Shown piece by piece: positions 38,299 through 49,118 of a stretch of 64,000 bases of DNA. This DNA comes from a virus, in the IMG/VR virus record IMGVR_UViG_3300042401_001747; one strand, written 5' to 3'. Below the pieces are notes generated by a model. It was not told the DNA's origin. It ran no database searches and worked only from the letters and a program-made list of their open reading frames with translations. The translations under genes and the position numbers were made by a program. Within the stretch, counting starts at the first letter, position 1; every line of letters begins with the position of its first letter.

Positions 38299-39560
38299 TA
38301 AAAATACGCTTCTTCAAAACCAATAACTGCGCCTTGAGCACCATTTCCGCCTGAAAGAATGCTGTTAACAGTACTACCAGAGCCTGGGTCGGTATTTGCA
38401 TTAGACGACACAACACTTTGCGCCATATAAAAAATTAAACCGCCGCCGCTACCACCGCTGCCGACAAATTGCGGTGCATTGTTGTAATTATTATTATCTG
38501 GCGCGCGACCGCCAGTCGCGCTAAAATAAATATTTGCGATTGCTCCTCTTGCAAACACAATTCCTGACCCGCCGACGCGCGACACTAAAGAATAACCATA
38601 AATCCTAGTAGGCGAAATGTCTAGTGAATTACCTTGAGGCATTCCTCCACCTCCAGTAACGGTAATTGTTGTTCCAACTTTCCCGTTTGGGTTTTCTGCT
38701 GACTCTCCATGAGAACCAGCAACCCCTACCCCGCTGTTTTGATAAGTATGGATAACTGAGTAAGACCCACCGCCACCGCCTCCGCCTCCCCATGCAGTTG
38801 CCCTAAACCCTGCAGAACCAATCCCTCCAACTGAATTTTCCGATGCACTCATCCCTGAGCCTCCATTGCCAAAAAACATCTTTCCGTCCGCTGACGGGGA
38901 CCTCTTAGAAGGTGGTTGAGTGCCTTCAGTACTGGAATACGCAGAAGACACTATGTACTGAGCCTGTGCATAAGTAGCGTCTCCTGTCTTTGCAATTCTT
39001 GGATAATAATACGCTCCCGCAGGAGAAGATATGATAGTTATGTCTTCCGCAGGCTGGTCGGTGGAGTTACTTCCGTGAAAATAAAACCCTGCAATACCGC
39101 CACCAGAAACAAGCGAACCATTTGATATGTTCCCGTTAGCGTAAATACAAGTTAGTTTTTTTCCTACAATATCCGCATTTAAAGAACCTGTATAAAAATA
39201 CAAACCAGGAGACAGTGAGATATCACCATTAACAACCAAGAAAAAACATTTACTTCTATCTGTAGAGGAATATGTATTAACTCCTGATGTTTCCATTGTT
39301 GTAATAGAAAGAGAAGATGCAGAGTAGTAGTACTCATATGCCCCAAGGTTTGCTCCGTTAATCCAAAGGTTCCCAGTTGGTGCTTGTTTTCCTGCAATTC
39401 CAAATTTGAGAATGTACTCAGCAAAGTCTTTTACAGAAGGAAAGTGTTGGTCACCTTCAACGCTGCCTCCAGAAGTGGGGGCGTTGGGCATGGGGATATC
39501 AATAAGTTTTGTGGACTTATAGGGCTGTAAAGCCGTACGGAGATATTCCTTTGTGGTCAC
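38298..39560 (-). CDS. Gly-rich virion fibre-like protein
   Basis: GGGGG runs; GGSGGGLIF..GGNGAQGAVI C-terminus. Confidence 0.7.
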   Translation of the reverse strand: MTTKEYLRTALQPYKSTKLIDIPMPNAPTSGGSVEGDQHFPSVKDFAEYILKFGIAGKQAPTGNLWINGANLGAYEYYYSASSLSITTMETSGVNTYSSTDRSKCFFLVVNGDISLSPGLYFYTGSLNADIVGKKLTCIYANGNISNGSLVSGGGIAGFYFHGSNSTDQPAEDITIISSPAGAYYYPRIAKTGDATYAQAQYIVSSAYSSTEGTQPPSKRSPSADGKMFFGNGGSGMSASENSVGGIGSAGFRATAWGGGGGGGGSYSVIHTYQNSGVGVAGSHGESAENPNGKVGTTITVTGGGGMPQGNSLDISPTRIYGYSLVSRVGGSGIVFARGAIANIYFSATGGRAPDNNNYNNAPQFVGSGGSGGGLIFYMAQSVVSSNANTDPGSGSTVNSILSGGNGAQGAVIGFEEAYF

Positions 39561-39563
39561 GAC

Positions 39564-41681
<2,118 letters not shown>

Positions 41682-41772
41682 GCCTGCAATTATACCCTGA
41701 ACTGATTAAGGGGAACCATAAGAAACAAGGTGGCAATATAATGCCAATTGAAGAAATCAAAAACTATGGTCG

Positions 41773-42039
41773 TTACGCTTCCAACGCTGCTTTAGCAGCT
41801 AGGTATGCTGCTCTCTGCTCATTTTGGTCATACACGGGAGCGTCATAAGCATCCCCGTTGTCCTTTATTGCCTGAATGGTTTCTTCAGCCCATTGTTCAG
41901 CGTCTTCTTTTGTCCACGGCATCCAGTTATGGGGGAAGTTAAATTGACTTATTGTGCGAGAAAAAGAAGAACCATTAATTTCCCCAGTCCATGTAATGGT
42001 TGCTTCATTTTTGTCGTCTACTTCATATGTGTATTCCAT
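41773..42039 (-). CDS. Small hypothetical protein (possible fibre chaperone)
   Basis: 88 aa; AAGGAG RBS. Confidence 0.65.
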   Translation of the reverse strand: MEYTYEVDDKNEATITWTGEINGSSFSRTISQFNFPHNWMPWTKEDAEQWAEETIQAIKDNGDAYDAPVYDQNEQRAAYLAAKAALEA

Positions 42040-42048
42040 AATGTCTCC

Positions 42049-43071
42049 TTAAACTACATACTCAATAATGACAGCGCCATTTGAACCCATTTTTGCAGGG
42101 GTAGTTCCTGTGTAGCCGTTAGCCATGCCTACATTAAACGAGTAGACAGTAGATGGAACAGTGGTTACTTGAAAAACTTCCGTTACTCCATCTTGCCCAC
42201 GACCTGCATACGCCTTTGCAGTAACCACCACGCTTACATAGTCACCAAATTCCTGCTCCACGGCTGCATTCGCTGAAGCAGTTGCCCAGCCCCCAACACC
42301 CCCAGAGCCAGGGTATCTATTTTCTGCGGTCCAAGAACCTGTTTGAGTGCTAGAACTTCCTGCAAGTTTAGTTCCAAAAGAGCCACCAGGAGCAGTAGTG
42401 GTGTCAATTGCCCCCATTACCCCACCAAGAGCCGTATATGTAGTGCCGCCAACAACAAAGGTCGTTGAGCCACCATCTTCGTAGCCTGTAAGGGAAGCAA
42501 CGCTTGATTGCCCATTAGAGGTTGCCGTTGCTGTGGCAAATCCCCCTCCCCCGCCTGCACCAATAAGTGTCAATTTTATTTGTGTGACACCAGCAGGACA
42601 AGTCCATGTTCCGCTTCCGTTTGTTGTGTACTTTGTAACATAAATTTTGGGGTCCACAGCACTGACCCCAGGCACTCCGCTAACCCCAGGCACGCCACTA
42701 ACACCAGAGACACCTTGTGGGCCTGTTACACCGGTCGGTCCTCCCGCAGGACCCGTGGCTCCCGTTAAGCCAGTCGGACCAGTCGGACCTGTCAGACCAG
42801 TGGGCCCAGCTATCCCTGTTGGTCCAGTAACACCAGTTGGTCCGGTAATTCCTGTTGGCCCTGTTGCCCCAGTCAAACCTGTTGGTCCAGTTATACCAGT
42901 AGGCCCAGTGGGACCCCCTGCAGGCCCTGTTGCTCCTATTGGACCTGTCGGGCCAACAACGCCTACTGTACTGACGTTAAGAACCCATTTACCTCCAGTG
43001 AATGTCCACGTCTTGGAGTTCGCGGTAAAAGACGCTCCCGGAGATGGTGCGTTTGGGAAATCAATAGCCAT
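42049..43071 (-). CDS. Collagen-like fibre with Gly-rich C-terminal domain
   Basis: MAIDFPNAP; G-P-T repeats; [27 protein letters not shown]. Confidence 0.85.
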   Translation of the reverse strand: MAIDFPNAPSPGASFTANSKTWTFTGGKWVLNVSTVGVVGPTGPIGATGPAGGPTGPTGITGPTGLTGATGPTGITGPTGVTGPTGIAGPTGLTGPTGPTGLTGATGPAGGPTGVTGPQGVSGVSGVPGVSGVPGVSAVDPKIYVTKYTTNGSGTWTCPAGVTQIKLTLIGAGGGGGFATATATSNGQSSVASLTGYEDGGSTTFVVGGTTYTALGGVMGAIDTTTAPGGSFGTKLAGSSSTQTGSWTAENRYPGSGGVGGWATASANAAVEQEFGDYVSVVVTAKAYAGRGQDGVTEVFQVTTVPSTVYSFNVGMANGYTGTTPAKMGSNGAVIIEYVV

Positions 43072-43105
43072 GATTACCTAGTTTACTCCATGGGTAGTTA
43101 GCGAC

Positions 43106-43402
43106 CTAGAACCACCAGAAGTGTTTTAGGATAGACAGACTAGCCAGAATTACCCACGCGACATTGAAAAGAATGATTGTTGGAAGGGTCTTTTCCGTGG
43201 ACGACCAAATGAGGGCAATGCTGGAAGCGATGGCAAATATGTAAACCCACCACCACTGTTGACCAAGAAGCAGACCAGGGAAGATAATGGCGATTTTGGT
43301 GGCAAATCCCCAAGCCTCCACGATGTTTGGTTTAGTCCAATACCCCTTATGGGACATTGTCTTTGTTGCTTGTATTACTTTTTGCAGCATCTTTATAACC
43401 AT
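43106..43402 (-). CDS. Small membrane protein (about 3 TM)
   Basis: Three hydrophobic segments; overlaps the P450 stop. Confidence 0.65.
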   Translation of the reverse strand: MVIKMLQKVIQATKTMSHKGYWTKPNIVEAWGFATKIAIIFPGLLLGQQWWWVYIFAIASSIALIWSSTEKTLPTIILFNVAWVILASLSILKHFWWF

Positions 43403-44640
43403 AGAAAAGGATTAATATATTTCTTTTTTTGTTTAATGTTTATAGAGCGTGGTCCCCATACAGATTCGTATGATTCTCTGAATTGTGCTTCCCCCACGAT
43501 TGAATAATCGCCAATTCTCTTTGCAACAACCTTCATGCACTCCTGCATTTGTGCTCTAGCTAAAGCAGCACCTAGGCAATAATGGATTCCTCCACCAAAC
43601 GAAAGGGTTGCGCCTTTTCTGTTCGGTCTATCAATGATGAACTTTTCAGCATCTTTAAATACTGATTCATCATGATTTCCTGCAGTTAAAGTAACCCCCA
43701 TGATGGTTCCTTTAGGAAAAAGAACATCGTTGTATTCAATATCTTCAGACGCGATTCTAATCATGTACCTAAATACACTGTCTAGACGAATGCACTCTTC
43801 TAGTATGTCTTCTACGTTTTCTTCATTGCGGAGCATTTCTAACATTTCTGGTTTGTCTTCCAGCATGATTGCAATAAGCCCAAGTTGACATCTGGTCGTG
43901 TCTATACCAGCCAAAAGAACCGCGTTAATTAATAAAGATATTTCAAGAGTTGTAAGTTTTTCCCCGTCAACTTCCGCCTTAATCAAAAGGCTAGTTAAGT
44001 CGTCTGTTGGGTTTTCTCGTTTTTCAGCAATCAGTTTACGAACATATGCAGACAGCTGAGCCTGAGTATCTACTACAACGTCCTTGTCGTGGTCGTAGTT
44101 TCCGCCGAATGTCTTGAAAACATCATCAGCCCACTGACCGAACATTTGCCAATCCGAATGTGGGACTCCAATAATTTTAGAAATGATGTAAGACGGGTAC
44201 TTATCAAACACTTCTACTTGCAAGTCAAATTCCGAAAGGTCAGAAATCTCATCAATTATTTTATTAATTGCTTTGTTCATTTCAGGACGCAATGAGTCAG
44301 CAACTTTTGGAGAAAATACAGGCCCTACAATTTTTCTAAGACGAGCGTGGTCTAGCCCTTCAAGGTTGATTATTGACTGTTTTCTATTGGCCTTATCCGA
44401 TTCGCTAAGGTGAGGGTTGTTTTCACTAAAAAGATAGAGGGCGTTATGCCATCTCTTGTCTTTCAGCATTGCCAAAGAATGCTCGTGATTTATAACGACA
44501 AAAGAAAGACCCGAAGAAGCCAGCCAGTTTTCCTTGCTGGCATTGAGTGCTATTTCTAGTTGCTCGTATGTACCGTGTTCGGATTTTATTATCTTAGGGA
44601 CAACATAGGGAAGTTCTAGGTCGTTTACATTTACTGGCAT
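43393..44640 (-). CDS. Cytochrome P450
   Basis: DHARLRK..FSP, I-helix AGIDTT, K-helix EECIR, heme motif FGGGIHYCLG. Confidence 0.95.
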   Translation of the reverse strand: MPVNVNDLELPYVVPKIIKSEHGTYEQLEIALNASKENWLASSGLSFVVINHEHSLAMLKDKRWHNALYLFSENNPHLSESDKANRKQSIINLEGLDHARLRKIVGPVFSPKVADSLRPEMNKAINKIIDEISDLSEFDLQVEVFDKYPSYIISKIIGVPHSDWQMFGQWADDVFKTFGGNYDHDKDVVVDTQAQLSAYVRKLIAEKRENPTDDLTSLLIKAEVDGEKLTTLEISLLINAVLLAGIDTTRCQLGLIAIMLEDKPEMLEMLRNEENVEDILEECIRLDSVFRYMIRIASEDIEYNDVLFPKGTIMGVTLTAGNHDESVFKDAEKFIIDRPNRKGATLSFGGGIHYCLGAALARAQMQECMKVVAKRIGDYSIVGEAQFRESYESVWGPRSINIKQKKKYINPFLWL

Positions 44641-44648
44641 TTGTTCCT

Positions 44649-45311
44649 TTAAAAGTCTAAGGTTTCTTCAAAAGACTTTTGTTTGTATGTATTGGCAAGT
44701 TCTGTAATCCATGCCTTGAATTCTTCTGACGCTTCAGGATACGGGTGAGGAATCATTTTGTAATCTTCTTCACCTTTAAAAAATTTAGCCAGATGCATGT
44801 CTGGTAATGAATCCAGTTCATCAAGAATTGATTGAGGTGGGTCAAATGTGTCAAGAGCGAGTTTTGAGTATGTAGCCATTGGGTGGTCGGAGTTAAATGG
44901 CTCCCCAACAAGAAAAGACCATTCCCTCATTGTCTTGAAGAATTGGAATACGGATTTTGCTATCCACATGGACGAAGGAGTTGGGTCAGCCTCTATGTCG
45001 GCCCAGGTTGCGTACTCTATATAAGTTATATAAAAATGGGGCGACACATCCATTATGTGCTCGTATCTAGTAATCTTTTTTACTTCCATGATTCCTTCGG
45101 AAACCAAAGACCGTGAATACGGCGTAATGCTGTGATTCTCGTAAGGTGTTCCATGGGAAACAAGTATTCCAGTGTACGAAATATTGTCACAACGAACAGA
45201 GTCTCCAGAATTTGAATTTTGGTCTTCAGTTAAAAAAAAGCATTTTTCAATAAAGAACCCTCCCTTTTTTGTAGGGTCAGACTGTTTTAACAGTTTTTCT
45301 GGTTCAAGCAT
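44649..45311 (-). CDS. Hypothetical protein (paralog of 37603..38298)
   Basis: MREWSFLVGEPFN..LPDMHLAKFFKG. Confidence 0.7.
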   Translation of the reverse strand: MLEPEKLLKQSDPTKKGGFFIEKCFFLTEDQNSNSGDSVRCDNISYTGILVSHGTPYENHSITPYSRSLVSEGIMEVKKITRYEHIMDVSPHFYITYIEYATWADIEADPTPSSMWIAKSVFQFFKTMREWSFLVGEPFNSDHPMATYSKLALDTFDPPQSILDELDSLPDMHLAKFFKGEEDYKMIPHPYPEASEEFKAWITELANTYKQKSFEETLDF

Positions 45312-45576
45312 TTTTTAATTCATCCAATTTCTTGTTCACAATTTTTAATTTTTCCATATCGCGAACGATAGTGTTTGTAGCCCCCCATTGCAACCGTTCC
45401 GGGCGCGAAGCGTTATCAAGGTGACTGGAAACAAACCCTACAGGGTCAAAATTTGAAAAATCCAGCGTTTCTACATCAATTCCAAAAATTAAACAACAGT
45501 AATATATGTTTTTGTGCAGGGAAACTACAAGAGCCTCTAAAAATGCTATTTTTTCAGTATTTGTGTTAAAACCCAT
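45304..45576 (-). CDS. Small helical protein (paralog of 48881..49111)
   Basis: K...L....SL..NIY..L..GID.E..; ends LKIVNKKL. Confidence 0.6.
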   Translation of the reverse strand: MGFNTNTEKIAFLEALVVSLHKNIYYCCLIFGIDVETLDFSNFDPVGFVSSHLDNASRPERLQWGATNTIVRDMEKLKIVNKKLDELKNA

Positions 45577-45578
45577 AC

Positions 45579-46385
45579 CTACATATTATCTGAAAAAAAC
45601 CTAGAGATAATGCCCTTCTTCTGCGAGGCTAAATCAGCAATTTCTTTATCAACTCTTATACGCTCTCTTCTGTAGGGAGCAGCGGTTCCCTCAAAAGGCA
45701 TAATATGCCCTGTTCCAAACCCTTTGCTTGCAACATATTTAAAATTTGTTTCGTCCGCAACAATTAGTTTACCAATGTTTGTTTTGCGCTCAAAAGGTAT
45801 CAACTGCGCCAATGGGGTTCCCCATTTAATTGAAAAAGCAGATTCGGCTTTAATGTTTAAAACAATGTTGGCTGTATGGTAAAAATCAGTATGAACTACG
45901 GCAGGCAAAACATCGTAGTCTTTATTTGGTTCCCACATAACTGGAAGAATCAAAACAGACCATCCTGGTGCGGTTTCCACCCTCCACGGGTTAACGAGTT
46001 TTGGATACTGAGCCTCTGAGAATTCACTGTTTCTTACTGCACTAACTGGACATTCTCCTGTTGCAGCAAAAGGGAAAGACTCTACTGCCCCTATGCTTAT
46101 TTCACTTTGCTGGAGCCCAAAGTTTGCCCCTCTTGTTTCCCATGAACCATCTTGTCCTGGTCGGAAATTATAGTTTGTCCAACAAGGTATGGTTAATCCA
46201 ATACTAAGAAAATCATTTATTCCCGCACATCTACGAAGGGACCCAGGATTTTTGTGAATCCTTTTAAACCATGCTGGCTGTGTTTCAACCGAATTAATGA
46301 ATGGAGGCATCTCGTTAAGCCTGTTGTCTATTGGCGTTATGCGAATTTCTCCAGGTTTTAGTTTTTTGTTCTTCACAAAACCCAA
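45579..46385 (-). CDS. Uncharacterised beta-rich protein often found with phage 2OG oxygenases
   Basis: PAWFK..RRCAGI.D..G..IP.W, NPWRVETAPGWS, VVHTD, IKWGTPLAQLIPF. Confidence 0.65.
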   Translation of the reverse strand: MGFVKNKKLKPGEIRITPIDNRLNEMPPFINSVETQPAWFKRIHKNPGSLRRCAGINDFLSIGLTIPCWTNYNFRPGQDGSWETRGANFGLQQSEISIGAVESFPFAATGECPVSAVRNSEFSEAQYPKLVNPWRVETAPGWSVLILPVMWEPNKDYDVLPAVVHTDFYHTANIVLNIKAESAFSIKWGTPLAQLIPFERKTNIGKLIVADETNFKYVASKGFGTGHIMPFEGTAAPYRRERIRVDKEIADLASQKKGIISRFFSDNM

Positions 46386-47881
46386 TCTTCGTCAACCGTA
46401 TGCAGGTTCTTTAGAGCCTGAGCATGGTCAATAAGTTCGTGGTTGTTGCGAGACTCTCGCATTTTTGAAACTTCATTTTCAACATCGCGGCGTATGTTTA
46501 ACCTGTCTATCATTCTGGTTGCAGGCTCTGAAGAAAAAACGCCCTGACCTTGAGCAACATGGGCAATATGTGGAGTCAAAAAAAGTTCCATATGTTTATG
46601 TGGCACATCTGAGCGATGGGGCGGTCTTTCTGACCAAATATCCAAAAGTTCTTGAAGTTCGTCATTCACGGGCATTTCGGACATTGCTTTCCAAAAGAGA
46701 GTGTCTGTTCTGTCGCTATAATAATGAAGCCTAATCATTGTGAGAATGTTTCTCATCACTTCGCCGTATGCTTTGTTGAAGTGCTTTTGTGATTTTGTAT
46801 AAGAACTTTCGTAAGAAGCCAAGTACGGTATCATCATTTTAATTTGCTGAATAGAAGAACCAATGCTTGTGGCTTCTAGTGGCTCAACAAAAGAACCAGC
46901 AAGACCTATGGCAACACAGTTTTTAACCCACGGTGATTCCATGTAGCCAGCATCAAATTTAATGAATTTGTGGGTTGATATTTTATAACCAGACCTTTTT
47001 TCTGCTTCAGCAATTGCTTTTTCTTCATCACAAAACTGAGAGGAAAAAACATAACCATTACCTCGCCGTTGCTGAGTAGGTATTTCCCACATCCACCCGT
47101 TATCCCCAGCAATTGCCCGTGTGTATGGTCGTATTTCTCCAGAGGGGTCTGATTCAGTGGGAAAAGCAATAGCAGAATCTGAAAGAAGATAATCGTTAAA
47201 CGAGTTCCATTTGGAGTTTCCTAGTTTTTCCATTAAGACTTTTTTAAAACCAGAAGCGTCAAACCAGAAATCTGCCTCCACGGATTGTTCGTTATCTGTT
47301 AAAACGGACTGTATGTTTCCATTTTCGTTGTTGACTTCAATTGAGTCAACTATTCCTTCAACAAATCGTATGTTCCGTTTAAAGCAAAGAGAAATAAAGT
47401 ACTCATTAAGTTTGTGAGTATCAAAATGAAACTGATTAGTAGAACGATGCAGGCCGTTGACTCTGATTTTGTTTTTTACTAAACCGACAGATGTCGTTTG
47501 GTTAGTAAACAACTTGTTGCTTTCTATAAAACTTGCATATGTTGCGTGTGCCCCCCACGCAAAAAGTTCATCAACATCACTAACGCTATGAAAATACCTT
47601 GGGGTGTGTGTGGTCCAGTTTTCATAACTAATACCGTATTTGTGAGTTGCGTCTGTGGAAACAATCATATCTTCAAGGTCAATATCACAATGACGCATAA
47701 ACTCTGACCAGTGCTCAGTACTGCCTTCACCGACGCCAATAATACCTATCTGAGAAGATGAGATTACTGTTATCTCTGCATTACTAAACGCTTTTCTTAG
47801 CATCAGTGCGGTTATTAGGCCAGCAGTTCCAGACCCAACGATTCCGAATGACAGTTGTTTTGTTTGTTCTCTCGTGCTCAT
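46373..47881 (-). CDS. Flavin-dependent (tryptophan halogenase family) halogenase
   Basis: GSGTAG, IGVGEGS, catalytic-position Lys in ATHKYGI, DASGF, WMWEIP, FVEPLEATS; ATGA overlap with upstream gene. Confidence 0.92.
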   Translation of the reverse strand: MSTREQTKQLSFGIVGSGTAGLITALMLRKAFSNAEITVISSSQIGIIGVGEGSTEHWSEFMRHCDIDLEDMIVSTDATHKYGISYENWTTHTPRYFHSVSDVDELFAWGAHATYASFIESNKLFTNQTTSVGLVKNKIRVNGLHRSTNQFHFDTHKLNEYFISLCFKRNIRFVEGIVDSIEVNNENGNIQSVLTDNEQSVEADFWFDASGFKKVLMEKLGNSKWNSFNDYLLSDSAIAFPTESDPSGEIRPYTRAIAGDNGWMWEIPTQQRRGNGYVFSSQFCDEEKAIAEAEKRSGYKISTHKFIKFDAGYMESPWVKNCVAIGLAGSFVEPLEATSIGSSIQQIKMMIPYLASYESSYTKSQKHFNKAYGEVMRNILTMIRLHYYSDRTDTLFWKAMSEMPVNDELQELLDIWSERPPHRSDVPHKHMELFLTPHIAHVAQGQGVFSSEPATRMIDRLNIRRDVENEVSKMRESRNNHELIDHAQALKNLHTVDEDWVL

Positions 47882-48453
47882 TGAAACCAAGTTACCATAG
47901 AGTATTTCGTTCCGCTAATCACTGGATGCGCTATGTGTGTATAGGGGAAATTACTGGGAAAAAGAATTACAGAGCCAGCGTTCAATTTAATTTTTACATC
48001 AAAATTTGGGAACTCAAGTTCGCCACCTTCGTCAGGTTCTCCGAGGCATGCAACCAAACTGAAAACCCTTCTTGAGTCAGGGGAGTGGTCATGATGTGCG
48101 TGATACTCAGCAAGTCCTGAATATTTAAGTATGGATATCAATTCATGTGCTCCATTGAAAAGTCTGTGTTCTCTTACATAGTCATGAACAACATCAATAG
48201 TCGGTCTATACACTTCTTTTCTAAAAACTGATGACAGTTCATCCTCTGGATATGGCGGGAGAAGTGTTGTTACAGAACTGGATAAAGAGGTTCTGTATTG
48301 GCTATTTTCACCATTTCCAACCCTGGATACATCCCAGCAAAGGTCTTCGCCAAAACCGTTGGCTATTGCTTCTTCAAAGCGATTAATAAAATTGCTTGGG
48401 TTAAACACATCTTTATAAATAGAAATGCAAACAGCGGGATTATCTACAATCAT
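47878..48453 (-). CDS. 2OG-Fe(II) oxygenase (prolyl-4-hydroxylase-like)
   Basis: ILKY..YHAHHD, GGELEF, LFPSNFPYTH..PVISGTKYS. Confidence 0.92.
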   Translation of the reverse strand: MIVDNPAVCISIYKDVFNPSNFINRFEEAIANGFGEDLCWDVSRVGNGENSQYRTSLSSSVTTLLPPYPEDELSSVFRKEVYRPTIDVVHDYVREHRLFNGAHELISILKYSGLAEYHAHHDHSPDSRRVFSLVACLGEPDEGGELEFPNFDVKIKLNAGSVILFPSNFPYTHIAHPVISGTKYSMVTWFQ

Positions 48454-48878
48454 AAAACTTCAAAAACTCCTTCGGCCAATATCTTTTTTTCTTTTTCAAC
48501 AAGGCTTGTAATTAAAAAAGAATAACTACCTTCATCATAGAATCTTTCTCTATATTGAAGTACATGTCTTTCTTTAATGCGAGGCTTTAAGGTCTTGACA
48601 TTTCCGTCGGGAAGTTTTAAATCAAGTTGCGTACTTTCATCAAAAATAGAAAATTCGTCTAAATAGTCAAAAGATTGTATAAATCCAGCACGAACTTGTT
48701 TGTCATATGAAACGCCCCTGCCTTCTGGTATCTCAATAACCTGAATCGCGCCATACCTAGAATCGTCTTCATCCCCAACCTGTATTCCAAGTTTTGCTTC
48801 TCTGGACAACAAAATAGCCTTTTCAGGTATTTTACCGTTTTCCAGCAAAGAAAAAGGGACATAAATTTGTCTTTTCAT
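48450..48878 (-). CDS. Hypothetical protein
   Basis: 142-aa ORF translationally coupled in the cluster. Confidence 0.65.
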   Translation of the reverse strand: MKRQIYVPFSLLENGKIPEKAILLSREAKLGIQVGDEDDSRYGAIQVIEIPEGRGVSYDKQVRAGFIQSFDYLDEFSIFDESTQLDLKLPDGNVKTLKPRIKERHVLQYRERFYDEGSYSFLITSLVEKEKKILAEGVFEVL

Positions 48879-48880
48879 TA

Positions 48881-49111
48881 TTAAATAGTTGACAACTTTT
48901 GTTTTACTACAGAAAGAGACAAAAGCAACTTTTCAAGACGAAGAACTTCTCCATCAAACCCTGGAATTCTTAATTCTTCAATATCTGATTCTTCAAAAAC
49001 CTCTGGGTCAACCCCGACTCTTAGAAGAGTGTTGTAGATTTCATGACTCAGTGTTACTTCAGCGTTTTGTAAAGACTGAAGTTTTTGTTCTGTTGTTAAA
49101 TTCAATTCCAT
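48881..49111 (-). CDS. Small helical protein (paralog of 45304..45576)
   Basis: AGGAG RBS; LSHEIYNTLLRVGVDPE..LSVVKQKL. Confidence 0.65.
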   Translation of the reverse strand: MELNLTTEQKLQSLQNAEVTLSHEIYNTLLRVGVDPEVFEESDIEELRIPGFDGEVLRLEKLLLSLSVVKQKLSTI

Positions 49112-49118
49112 GATTCTC

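Noticed and set aside
47878-48453. 2OG oxygenase as a classical collagen prolyl-4-hydroxylase
   Set aside because: Pro in these collagens is almost always in the X position (G-P-T), whereas classical P4H acts on Y-position Pro; substrate left open
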